DNA from: Mizuhopecten yessoensis | Taxonomy: Eukaryota | DNA: 64,000 nt | Direction: 5' to 3' | NCBI RefSeq assembly: GCF_002113885.1 | Contig: NW_018408855.1 | Coordinates: 314,219 to 378,218, forward strand | Shown: one piece after another, positions 51,521 through 64,000 of the stretch | Numbering within the stretch: position 1 is the stretch's first letter | How the letters are laid out: every line of letters begins with the position of its first letter | Position numbers and translations under genes: made by a program | The notes under the pieces: model-generated | What the model saw: the letters and a program-made list of their open reading frames with translations, nothing else | The model's database searches: none | What the model was told of the DNA's origin: nothing

Positions 51521-52499
51521 TAGTTGTACAATATGAACGATCTTGCTCTGAATGTAATGATTCCATTATAAATGTCAACAACAAGCGCAACCAACTTAAA
51601 ACACATTTAGAGAGACGCAGGTCCATAAATATCACTTGCAACTACTGTGGTCCCAATCAGGATCTTTCTGTTTCCTTGTGCGATCTGAATGTCGATTGTT
51701 TAATTGTGATGCTCATTCATGTGCCTTGGTAGTTTTGTTTTGAAAACGTGACATTGCTAGGATTTTACTTAGATTGACATATCGAGGGACTTCGCTGACG
51801 CTAACGACGCCTGCATTGTACCCGTTCGGACCATGTCTTGATGTACATCTCTTTTATTAGTATTATTCCCTAGTTTCACTGATATGGAGTTAGAATTGTT
51901 TCTTTTTTTTACTTAGTTTGTTAATTGTTTATTGACAATTTGTTATGTACGTCTTATATTTACCTTTGAACGTTGTTTAGCTATGTGTACGTATACTGAA
52001 TACGTTTTTGTCAATTACATCTCTAGTATCTATGTCTCTAGATACAATCCGTCAGATTTCAGCGAGTGTGTTTGGGTACTTTCTGTACATGGCTTTTTCT
52101 TAATTAAAGAATGTGGAACCAATATCCTGTTCTACTCTTGAAATAAGCAAAGAGTGTCGTACTTAAAGTACATGTCTGTATCTAATATGAAGGTATAGGG
52201 CAAAGTAATTATCAATAAGTCGCCTTCCGTCGATTAATGCTAGACAAATGGTCGACGTATCTTTCTTGATTTTTTTAGATCATGTTAATACCGGATGCAG
52301 ACGGTCGTAAAATAGTGTTCTAACTTATAGGAGATGTGGCTGTTGGAACATGTGTCGTATGCATTCCTGCATGTGTTATAGAAGCTGTGGTAAAACTCCA
52401 TCAAGCCGGCAAATCAGCAATTCCACATAACAGGAAGTTAGCAACTACTGTACCAATAAAACAGGCAAATCAATCTGAAATGACAACTTCCGCATTGCA

Positions 52500-54480
52500 A
52501 CGGACGTCAAGGAAAAGCGAGCTGTGAAAGCGCTTCAAAGACAATCAGCAAGATATAATGAATGTCTCATCAAAGACAGTAAATTAATCTATAAACTTAT
52601 CAACAGACGAAGGCGAATACCACGATCCCCGATGTCCTCCTCGTAAACAACATAAGCTACACCGATATCATACAGTTGGTAGAAATAGTTCGATAAGATC
52701 TTGATGCTACAATTGATATTAAAAAAATGCCGAGTTAACACTTCTCCCACCATGAAAGATCTAGAATCCTTAAACACCAAAATATGAATAAAAAAAAAAC
52801 TTTGAAAGAAATAATTTCTGATGGCTGCCAAATGGTTGAATTCTGATAAAGCACCCGAGGCTAATTGAAACTCGGCATAACACATCTAACATGCTCGACA
52901 AGTATAAAAAAAAAACTTATGATAAAGGACATTATCACAATCATAAAAGAGAGATTCGACTCCAATTACGAAGAAAGGGCAAATACAAAGCCATTTCGTC
53001 TAACTACGGAAACATTACGGTATCTTAAGTTCTTTCAAAATGATATTTTGAAGTGATCATCAAAACACTGATATCCGAGACAAAACAAAAATACTTCAAG
53101 GGTGATTTTACAGCTAAGGAAAGTTGTACTTTTAGTTTTGTAGGCAACCAACGGAACATAGATATCATTTTAGTGGCTCTTGACGCCTACACAACCTTCC
53201 ATACCGTAAACTCGAGACTCTACCAAGTAAGCATTCCCCGGGCGAAATCAAAGGACGCTGCGTACATTTCTCCCAAACATGTACCCGAATTATTCTAGGA
53301 AGATAAAATGGCAAAAAATAGATAGTCTCCTATACCTCCAAGACAAGGCGCAAAACAAGCATCCATCATTTATAATTACCACACACATGTTTAAAATAAC
53401 ACCATTCTAGACAGCAATACACAATAAGTTAGTACGAACCATCAAAGACAGCAGCACCATAACTTGATTTAAAGACAGCTTTATGATATCCAAAAATAAC
53501 CATTTAATTTCATACTGAACAAGACAAAATCTACTAATGCATAACTTATTGTGTTTGGGAAAAATTACACAAGAAAAACCAGTTGACTGCATGTACTCAT
53601 CGTCGAATTCAAAAGTTAAAAAAACCCATCTGGGAATGGTACAAAACATAATTGATTTTTTTAGAAATATCATTTACGCTTTATAATGATCAGAATGATA
53701 CACATAAACGGCCTGTCGTCCAAAAACTTCACATAAACGGCCTGTCGTCCAAACACTTCACATAAACGGACCGTCGTCCAAACGCTACACATAAACGGCC
53801 TGTCGTCCAAACACTTCACATAAACGGCCTGTCGTCCAAACACTTCATATAAATTATAGAGAACATGATTATGCAATACCGAGATTAAATGTCGGCCATA
53901 AAGTTAATAACTGCTGCTGATATAGAAAACAAAGAAGAACGCCACAAAAAAAATTCTGATATCAACCACGGCCATCGAATGTCAGAGCAAGCGCTGCAAT
54001 ATACAAGCAAGTACAGGTCGAACCTTTCACTATTCTTCTTACAAAAAAAACATGAACGTCTTTGGAAATGTCAGAAACGAATACCATAGGACACAGCTAA
54101 TGTAATATCCTTGCATCACGGGTGCCACAACTTGCAGTCCGATTGTTAAATGTCATCAGCATTAGCTTTTCTTTAAACCCATACTGGAGCAAGCATGGAG
54201 GAAAATGTTAAATCCGACTGCAATTAAACTCTAAAAACCACCTCCGAAAAAGGAACTATAGCGTCACCATCATCTTTACCACGCATAACAGAGAAGGGTT
54301 TTTTCAACTAGACATGTTCACTTTACAAAAGAGAAGGGGGCCTGCCTCACTTTCTCACAAAAATGCAAAATTCAAGACAAAACTAAAACAAAGCACATAA
54401 AGAAAACACTCTATAGCGAGTACCAAAGGAAAGAGATTACGGAATATGATAAACATTAAATACCTACTGGACTAACTTCA
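52500..54480 (+). mobile_element. Heavily decayed LINE ORF2/RT (RTE-X-like)
   Basis: ILVALDAYTTFHTVN (compare LDA.KAFD.V) in ORF 53053-53298 and RQGAKQAS (compare QG.RQG) near 53341, in A-rich sense-strand sequence. Confidence 0.5.
53701..53850. repeat. 29-bp minisatellite (CACATAAACGGCCTGTCGTCCAAACACTT), 5 copies
   Basis: Visible tandem array. Confidence 0.96.
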
Positions 54481-56062
54481 TTACGGGAGAAGGGAGGAAT
54501 CGAAATAAAATTGCAAGCAATTGATAAGCGCATTTGCAAAAAAAAAAAAGAGGTAAATCATCGTGTGTTAACGGTTTTCCGTATTTTCTTTGTTGTTTAA
54601 GTTCCCTATTCCCCTTAATAGGCTTTTACTTGTACACACTCTTTTACAGTTTTAATTAAGGTTAACCTCAGCTCTGTCCTTGTACGTCGAAAAGAGTCTT
54701 TTATAAACGATGTGTCTTTTGTTAAACTACCAAGTGAAAGTGACTATGTGGCCTTTGTAGTTTTGTTTTATATACACGTGCGAGGGTTAATATTATTGCA
54801 TAGCTAAGCGGCAGTGATAGGTTTGTAATGGACCTTTCATATGTTATGGCGTGTGACAGTTGTCACAAAGCGCAGTTTCGTTAACAGATCGCACACTGAC
54901 AATGAGCCGGCTTCCGTTGACGTCATTATAAAAGTGATTCTGTTGACACACCCAGGTTTGTAAACATACCTGTAGATTATTATCAGTGAAATATTTTACC
55001 TTTCTGTTTAATGATATTTTATATTAATACTAACAACATATTAATACAACAGCAGAACTTAAAACGACCAAAGAATTGTTTACGCTATAAAACCTGGCCT
55101 ACTGAAACTCGATTAGTTTCGACAGTGTAGTGTGCAATTAGAAGTGTTTCCCTTTCCAGAGGTGTTTTCCTTTGGTTAATGTTGATTACAATGACGAGCT
55201 ATCCGTGGGATCTATGTGTATACATAATGTATGTGTCAGGTGCTATTTAAACAAACGTGACGACTGTTTCACGACCATCATACAGCCGCCGTTTCGTACG
55301 ATACGATAACATCTGACGGGGTGATATTCATTGCATATAAAATAACAATTTGCGAACAAGAATTTACGTAACGTTTTGAAATATGTAGTATGTTTGCTAC
55401 ATTACACAAAAACTAAATATTCTTGGTTTTTACGCACAATTAATGTAATTTGTATATTGCCTGTGATATTACCTTTGCTCAGTCAGGCATTATATTCGTG
55501 GACAGTTTGATAGGCTTCACGTGATCCGTCTGTATAATTAAACCTTGATAAAATCTCACTTGTTTACTTGCCACATCTCAAACTATCATCAGTTTTGCAG
55601 TATACTGATGTACTGTCAAACACATACAGAACGAGTGTTGACAGGTTTAACGAGGTTTCACTGATAGTTGTGAATAAGGTTTTGGCTGGTGAAGTAATTA
55701 TTTAAGCATTGGGTAATGTATGCTATATTTAATCCAATGAAACGCTTAAAACTTAAGACTCTAAATAGTACCTGTGGGTAGATATATTTGCTTACAACCC
55801 TCATGAGCTTATGTATCATACAGTGTGTACCGAAACCAGAAAATCATTAATCATGTCCTAATGACAATATTCTCTTCCTTCCTTCTTGACTCTTCAAACA
55901 TACTATGTACTTTGGAATCTGGTATTCTCATCGTCAGCATCAGGATCAGAACAGATGTTTGAACGCACATAGGGATGAAACGGCGGGCTTTGTTGGGGGG
56001 TTTTCATGCTGGACATACCGGCATGAACATTAAAATAATCAATATAATTTGTATATTGCCTG

Positions 56063-58135
56063 CAAATTATTTGCTGATGATACTACTCTGTACATGATAG
56101 TTGAAAACCCCTTAGAAACAAACAACATTATGGAGTCAGATTTACAAAAAAATACTGAATGGTCCAAATCTTGGTTAGTTGATTTCAATCCTAAAATAAC
56201 GGAAAGCATGACCCTTAGTCAACGACATCCAATCTTATATAATGTGCAATGAAGAAATATCAGAAGTACTGTTGCATAAACATCTTGGAGTTCTTTTTTC
56301 GAATAATTGCAGTTGGGTTGAACATGTAAAACAAATAATTCAGAAAGCAACGTCTAGAATAAATATTATGCGATCTCTAAAATTTAAACTCGACAGGCAA
56401 ACATTACAAAATATATTTTTTCGTTTATTATGCCACTTGTAGAATATGCTGATACTGTCTGGGATAGCATTCCCAAAGAATATATTTCTAAACTAGAGAA
56501 TGTTAATTTGGAAGCTGCATGGATTGTTTCAGATGCTACTAAACGTGTAAGTTTAGACAAACTATATACAAAAGTTGGATGGAATAAATTAATAGACCGT
56601 AGACTTAATCATAAATTGTTACAATTCCATAAAATGTTTTATCAAAATACTCCAGAGTATCTGTATAATCTCTTACCTAATTCAGTTAGTGATGTTCATA
56701 GTTATAACACCAGACTTTCTGACCCATCATGTCTGTCACCTATTCTTTGTAAAACAAATATTTATCTAAATGCATTTCTTCCTTCTGCTGTAAACAATTG
56801 GAATTCTCTTCCATTACATATTAGAAATAACTCTTCCATTTCCCATTTAAAAGCCTTTCTGAAATCTAACAGTAAATCATGTCTATCTTCATACTACTTT
56901 CAGGGTTCACGTCTGGGTCTAATCTACCACGCAAGACTGCGTATGTCATGTAGCTCCCTAAAAGAACACTTGTTTACGAAAACATCATACCATCCCCGAA
57001 TTGTTCCTGCTGTGCCATTGAGAACTCAACACATTATTTGCTAAAATGTAATAAATATACAGCACTTAGACAGCTTTATATCCTGAGTTTGCCGTATGAA
57101 CTATCAACTAATCTTTTAATCTTTGGTGATGACTCTCTTACCCATCAAGAAAACACTACGATTGTTCTAGCCGTCCAAAATTATGTACTCAAAACTAAAA
57201 GATTTCAAATAAACAAATAGTCCTTAACAATTTCATTTTGACATATAGATATATATATATATGTATGTTGTGTTGCATTCGTTTTACTACTATATTTTAA
57301 AATGTATTTGGATTCATATGCTATTCAGTGATTTTGCCATTGCATTTCTTTATACCATATTATGTCACTAACTGGCCATGACTATGATAGTTTGATAAAA
57401 ATGATGTGTTACCTTGAAAGAGCAGGACGTGCCAGGGAAGAGGCGGGAAAGTGTTTTATGGACTTATATTTGATAAGTGTGATGGCTAGTATGTGAACTG
57501 CAACGTTTTTAATAATCATGGCGGTGCTTTGTGACAAACTAATTTTGTCAATAGTTGATTTAGTGGTGATTTATTCTATGTAACTTGTAAATACATTTTA
57601 ACCTTTATCGGGTGTCCATTTACAGGACTGCTGACATTTTCATCCACTATTGCATAGTTATATTTTACAGAATCGTGTTCCACATACTCATTGCAACAGA
57701 GCAATAAGATATTACCATCTGATGATAATATGTATATTGATATGTTATTCATTCCTGGTTTCCACTGCATACCAATCCATTACCCCCTCCCCTATTCCCG
57801 TAATTATTCTATTGTACAGATTACACTGTCCTTCATTCTTGTACCTTGTGTTGAAAAGTTGATTACTAAGCAGGTAACAAATTTACATTTGTGTCACGAC
57901 ACTTGTTTTTGTTTCCTTTCCTGCTTTACAAAACATATGCTTCGTAAACCAACATTAAAATAACGCCGTTCAATCCATATGTTTATATTTTTACTATAGA
58001 ACAATTGTTTCATTTTATTTATTTATTCTTAAATAATTATTTCATTTTCTGCGTTTTGTATATGCGTCGAATGAAATGCATATCTACTGGTAATGTCCAT
58101 TAGTGGGTTGCAGCGCAAATGTAAATATATCAGCA
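56063..58135 (+). mobile_element. 5'-truncated CR1/L2-group LINE: RT C-terminal half plus 3' UTR, frameshifted
   Basis: KLFADDT...WLVDFNPK; HKHLGV..CSW.EH; PLVEYADTVWD...FLPSAVNNWNSLP...HARLRMSCSSL; C..Y..LR...VQNYVLKTKRF, across four consecutive ORFs 56049-57220. The UTR extent is inferred from the match to 8967-9028. Confidence 0.9.
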
Positions 58136-58399
58136 TGATGCCGGGGTTTCGTCCTCCAATTTTTTAACTGCAGAACCTCGCTAGTCCTGCGACTTCAGGT
58201 CTTAATCCAACGAGTTTAACGGATTTGTTGAATCTTTAAAATAAACACCCATATCCTGAATATGTGCATGAAAATGCGAAGGTAATTAACAAATAAACAG
58301 TTGCTAGGTTGAGGACTGATAAGAGTTGCGTCCCTTAGTTATCACGACTAGAGCTCAACGACTTAAATTTAGGCTTTCCAGGGCATATATCAAACAAAT

Positions 58400-61300
58400 A
58401 GAGTTTATTGGCCCATATTATATTCATAATTTTTAATGGTAGCTCGGATACTTTTACTTGTTATGCTTTTGAAGGGAAATTAATGGCAAACGGTACAAGT
58501 GACACGTACAACTGTAATCTCTATAAGCCAATATGTGGTTTTGTTAATCGATTGAAAGTTTATACATTATTTCCTTGGGCACAACCTACTTATCATTTGG
58601 TACCGTTTTTACATATATTCTGTCAATAATAACTTGATACACGCGCACTGTTCTCTAGAACGGAATGCCGTAAGGAAAACATGCTGATTGGCTGATTAAG
58701 TCATCAATTTTGACAGCGCAATATTTTTGCTGTTATTCATGGAGCGGACCCCCTCATCAGAAACAATTCTAGTCGGCCGTGAAGCAGGGACATGATCAAC
58801 GTAAATATTCAAAACAAAAACAACAACACTGACATTAGTAGCGTCTGATGGCTTATGTCCTGCATACGAATATCAACAAATCGCGACAGATGCCTTATGT
58901 GGTCATAATATTTCACTCGTGCGCAAACTCTAGACAAGAAATGTCCATTACAGAAACTCAATACGTCATAACCGCTGAGTGCGCGTGTTTTAACCTATAA
59001 AGAGACACGTGATATGCTCTATCGTTGATGTCAATCAGTTACATACATATAGCACGTGTAGATAAATCATCAATAATGCATTAAATGGACACCTGCACGT
59101 GCCCAAAGGCAATTCAATGCGTACATTATTAGGGCAATGTGAGAATGCTAGCGATTGGATTAAAGCGTCAGAGTGTAATTACACCGAGTAATGACGATTG
59201 TGAGACAATATCACGACATTTACCGATTTAACTTCCGGACTTATGGCAGCGACACTGGCGCTATTTGCTTTTCGATAGATTATGCCTTACTCCGTTGAGA
59301 GAAACTTTATTAAGATTAATTGCAGCCTTAAACCAATGAAGAAGTCGATACGCGGCGATGGAGACAGTGTTGAATAGGGCAGACAATCCTTGCACTTTTT
59401 CTGCTGGGGCCTACACTGTAAACACAAACACTCTGATACCTGTATATGGTCATCAGAGATGTCTATGACCATTGCACTCGTGCCCACACTTCCTCACTTT
59501 GCTCGCTTAACACTGGCTTCGTCATTACCAATTAGTCGACGCCAGGGGAACGTCGTTTCCCAGTAATGACCGTGTGCTTGTCCGGTCTTCCCTTGTGTTA
59601 TTAATGAAATTGAAACTGAAAAAGATCAATCTTTACCATCATCTCCGTTAAACTATTTCTTCTTTCTGAGCATTTGTTATTTCTACCCCAAATACTACCA
59701 TACCTCATACCAAATTGTCCGTGAAAAGTTAACAGTGATAGTATTACATGTTCCATGATGTATTCCGACTACTGACGGACAAACTTACAACAAAAGGTTG
59801 CTCAAAAAGGCAGGTTGATAAAGACTATGGTTACGTTCTGTGGTCTCCATTACGAGCTGAATGGTTTTGCTGTCTCTACCCCGCTTCATTGTTTGAGGAT
59901 ATGACATTAGTGGGATTTTGCGTAGCCTTACATAGTGGGTTTCATCGATGAAGCAGATGATCTGATTTTATTATCTTTGTATTTTTTTCAATTATGGCCT
60001 GTAAATCTTTCCTTTGGTAATATTTTACCTTGCGTTATTCATTTTAAGTTCGAAATAGGGATTTGTTAACACTATTAATTCGGGACTATAAGTGCACTGA
60101 CTAAACACATGTCAGTTTTGTTAAGGTACAATTTAATAAAAGAAAGATTAGCTTTTCTTAAATAGCAAACGCTGGCTTAAATAAACAATACTTAGATTCA
60201 ACCAATTTCACATCAAATTCAAGATGGAAATGAATATATGTATATCGAATTTGATGTAAAATTGACGACAAAATTCACTACCAGACAGGACAAGTAAGGT
60301 ATAGTTTCATTAATGAGGAATGTACTTGTACAAAACGGTTCTCCCTATCCGTTACACCCTATAGCCTGTAGTAATGCATTGCCATATTTAATGACGTATA
60401 CTCCAATGCAGCAGGAGATTCTATAGACCTAGGTTACTAATCTACTTTAACGACTGAAATACATGTATGACAATATTGTGACCGTTTTATCGTTATACAG
60501 CTTAGATCACGAGACTTAAAAATGCTCATCAACAGGTTTAAATCTCTTCATAGGAAAGTCTCACCTCGTGTACTCAATAAATTGTATCATACGTAACTTT
60601 TTTTACTTAGAAACCACGTGAAAGACGATCACGACACCATAATGCCGCATTCGTACATCATCTTTAATAATGCAAGGTATATCAATGTATCGATGTCATC
60701 ATGGGTTGAATTAAAACTTTACAACCATAGTGTTATTAAATCATATTACCATTGTGTGGTAAAGATAGCATTGAAGGATTCTGCAGAAGTCGGGTTTTAT
60801 TTCTGAAACATCTGCTAATGGATGCTGATGTGACCAACAGTGCTAAACAGTCTCCATCGTACAGTTTCTTACGTCTCTCTGTATGACTCTTTTATTATGT
60901 TTATTGAGTGTCCTCCTGGTCGTTTGACAGACATAATACCTTAAAGATCGGATACTTAGATTTTGTTTGTACCTTTATCGGTCCTTTTCTTTATTTCGTT
61001 TACTAAAGTTTTGTTGAAAAATAACCTATGTTACGAAACACAATTAGGAACCAGGAACAACAACACCTCGGGACCACGCAATGTAAGGTCATGTGATACT
61101 TGTTAACATGATGAGGGCTAGCTAGTCCGTCGGGTGATTTATACCCGTAATGTCCGTTCATTTACCGCTAAAAGCAACAACTAAAACAGAGATAAAGATT
61201 ACTTCTACTTGTAGAAAACAGAAGAGGTCTCACTAACGACCTCCCTGGAAAATGTCTCTGACATTTAGTACAATCTATTACTGTTCCAACACCGGCCAAT

Positions 61301-61600
61301 TATAAGAACAGAGGTAACCTTAGGAGAGACAGCACGTAATCTCACGCATTCTTAAAGACAACTACCGGAAGCAGGCACCTGAATTATAACCTCAATACAG
61401 GTAGGTAAGCCTTATGCAATCGATTCCCGTCATACATTATTGCATTCTGACATAATTTTATCAGTGACTTCAGCATTGAAAAATGCTCATTGGCCGTCAA
61501 CACCAAACTTTGAACAGTTATTCAAAACAACATCCGGAAGTTACAGCTTATCCTTCATTGTTACAAGACCATGGTTTTGGTCCTGATGAAACATTTGTAC
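58400..61600 (+). pseudogene. Long decayed multi-ankyrin-repeat coding relic
   Basis: HGADPLIRNN (58738), SAVKQGHDQ, INVNIQNKNNNT (58795), CGHNISLVRKL, GRQSLHFFC, QNGSPYPLHPIACSN (60331), LLMDADVTNSAKQSP (about 60812), GTTTPRDHAM*GHVILVNMM (61054), RQLPEAG. Many stops and frameshifts. Confidence 0.55.
59620..60060 (+). mobile_element. Penelope-like element 3' remnant
   Basis: HDVFRLLTDKLTTKG (compare DF..R..LLT.KLL.QG) followed by ggtttcatcgatgaagcagatga, similar to the PLE terminal motif at 21380, 35790 and 47610. Confidence 0.45.
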
Positions 61601-61792
61601 AAAAGAACCCGAAATTATTGTTTTCTGGCGATTATCATAACTTTATTTAATTTATATTTTTTAAACATATAAAGGATGTCATTATAACTATAAGTAATAG
61701 TTAAAAAGCCATCGTAGCATGATCATGGTAATGGAAGTAATTGGCGTTAATGTTCCTCAGCTTTTACTTGAAGTAGTTGATAATCAACAATC

Positions 61793-62580
61793 GAAACACA
61801 ATGATAACGGTAGTAACTGAAGTAAATATCTCACAGTTGTAACCGGATGTAATAGATAACAAATACATGTTATAGGAACACCATGATAACGGTATTTACT
61901 GACGCTTATAGTCCACAGTTTTAACCGGAAGTAATAGATAAAAAATAACCCGAACACAATGATAACGGTAGTAACTGAAGTAAAAATCTCACAGTTGTAA
62001 CCGGATGTAATAGATAACAAATACATGTTATAGCTTAGGAACACCATGATAACGGTAGTAACTGAAGTAAATATCTCACAGTTGTAACCGGATGTAATAA
62101 ATAACAAATACATGTTATAGGAACACCATGATAACGGTATTTACTAACGCTTATAGTCCACAGTTTTAACCGGAAGTAATAGATAAAAAAATAACCGGAA
62201 CACAATGATAACGGTAGTAACTGAAGTTAGTCTCCCCCAAGTTTCACCGGAAGTAATACAAATGTTGATAACAATTAATCAGAACATAATGATAATAGTA
62301 GTAAATGAAGTAAATTTCTCACAGTTTTTACCGAAAGTAATACATACAAAATACATGTTATAGGAACACCATGATAACGGTAGTAACTGACGTTAATATT
62401 CCATAGTTTTAACCGAAAGTAATAAATAACAAATAACCGGAACACCATGATAACGGTAAAAACTAACATCAATATTCCACAGTTTTAACCGGAAGTAGTA
62501 CATAGTTGATTATCAGAACACCATGATAACGGAAGTAAATGACGTTAATATTCCACAGTTTTAACTTGAAGTAATAGATT
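61793..62580. repeat. ~76-87-bp satellite with two monomer types, about 10 units
   Basis: Each unit starts ACAC(A/C)ATGATAA(C/T). Type A carries ACCGGATGT...ACATGTTATAG and type B carries ACCGGAAGT...AAATAACC. Confidence 0.95.
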
Positions 62581-64000
62581 CAGTTAATATTACAGTGCAT
62601 AGACGTACAGAAACAAGTTTTACAAATTCGCTGTAATCTAGTTCCAAACACCTTTCGTTTCTTAAACTGCCTTTCCTGAATAAATTCAATTTATGATGTT
62701 ATTACATGTAGCATGTAATGTTATTGTTTAAGCTGTGAGCTGTACTATAGTCCCCAAGACTGACAGAATAAACGATCCTCAGGTGGGATTTTCAACTCAT
62801 TTCTCAGCGTATTAACACTTGTTTTCGAATGAAATATTCATGCACCCTGTTTCCCAATACGCATGCGCAATACCATCAATATAATTATTGCTCTTTTTAA
62901 GCAAATGAACACATTTTGCTTGTACATGTAAGAGGACAAATGACCACGAAGAATTCCTGTTTCTTATCTTAAATGTTCAATCGTTACTTTATTTTACACA
63001 TTATTAACAATTTTCTTTTTAAACGATTGAGTACATGCAATAAGGAAATTCTTTGTAATATTCTTATACTTTGCTTGTCATTCAATTGCAAAGGAATGAA
63101 CAGAATCACTAAGTTTCTGTCCCGGTAACTGAGTACATATCGTGTTGTCTATATATATTTTTTTGTGCGTGTTAGCCTTGATATGTCTCACTCAACTTTA
63201 TACTATCGTTTATGAATCTCCGGGATTTGAATGACAGGTATATATGAAAAAAGTAATTTTACTATAAACTTTTTTGAACTGATTAAAACATAATTTTAGA
63301 TTTACTGATTCATCAAAATTGTGATTAGAGTACGGCTGAACCTGACAAAGATCCGTTTTTAGCGATACTAGATCCACACGAAGCCACATTTAGACAAGAG
63401 TGAGCGATCGGCGTGGTCGTTATGGAAGCCATGCCGGTGCACATTAAGACAAGAGTACCTCCAACCGCAAAAGTTATCGCCCCTTGTTGAGTTTTCCCTT
63501 CTGTTGAGGAATATAAGAATCCAATTCGAGTCACCTCGGATAAACAGGTTATTAGAAAAAAAGATAAGCTCGAACAGCGAATACCTATTTAGATAGCTGT
63601 GAGAAACGAAGGGGCAAAGGCAAATTTGTCAGCAGGGTGGTTACATGTTATCAAAGCGGAATCATTTTTGCATGTGATCGTTTTATAGATAAATCACATT
63701 GCTTTGCCCTTATATCTGTGAATCTCACACGTATATGTATATTAATGGGCCCGCCATGGAAGTCGACATGTACCTAATCAATACAGCTCGTAGTAATGTA
63801 CGTAGCTAGACATTTCAACTCTTCATACGATGAATGTATTTTTCATTTAACCAGGTGAGCAAGATTCACACGTTTTATTTGTTTTTAAACCTATCCACTT
63901 CGAAATTCATTTATCACATGGAGTTGAGAGATGTTCGAACGTACAGAAATGGCTTAAAAGACAACAGGTGGTCGATTGGGCAAAAAGCGTGAACACTTTT

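Noticed and set aside
61575-61625. CTGATGA...GAAA as a hammerhead ribozyme (also CTGACGA near 31505)
   Set aside because: I could not form stems I-III around the core, and neither site lies in a recognisable PLE terminal repeat.
63325-63540. GC-richer exon-like patch (69-aa ORF; NFCGW MAM-like motif in another frame)
   Set aside because: No convincing family assignment or splice-site pair, so left unannotated.

Overview
This is AT-rich eukaryotic DNA, not prokaryotic. The repeat families (HINE-type Helentron derivatives, Penelope-like RT, Deu/Nin- and MESC-like SINEs, CWG-target MITEs) point to a marine invertebrate, most likely a bivalve mollusc; that assignment is inference. I recognise no intact host gene, rRNA, tRNA gene or CRISPR array. 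The clearest coding relics are a young but broken Tx1/L1-clade LINE ORF2 (minus, 4935-6967), a 5'-truncated CR1/L2-type LINE (plus, 56063-58135), a Penelope-like RT remnant (minus, 35750-36870) and older LINE debris. Non-autonomous DNA elements include two HINEs, several MITEs, a foldback with a perfect 42-bp stem and a Ginger-like TIR element. There are at least 11 unrelated minisatellite arrays. Manual translation across stops and frameshifts suggests a layer of decayed host genes: ankyrin-repeat relics at six plus-strand sites (one followed by a SOCS-box-like motif), a RING plus TRAF-zinc-finger relic, a WSC-like relic and an FN3-like exon. The most unusual structures are (i) a composite LINE plus genomic-fragment insertion in a tandemly amplified 31-bp target site and (ii) an inverted ~650-bp duplication whose second copy lies inside a TIR element. 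All protein-family calls are by-eye motif recognition and need HMM confirmation. Single Ns at 4986, 5072, 6968 and 29166 and a gap at 37966-38101 mean some junctions may be assembly artefacts.
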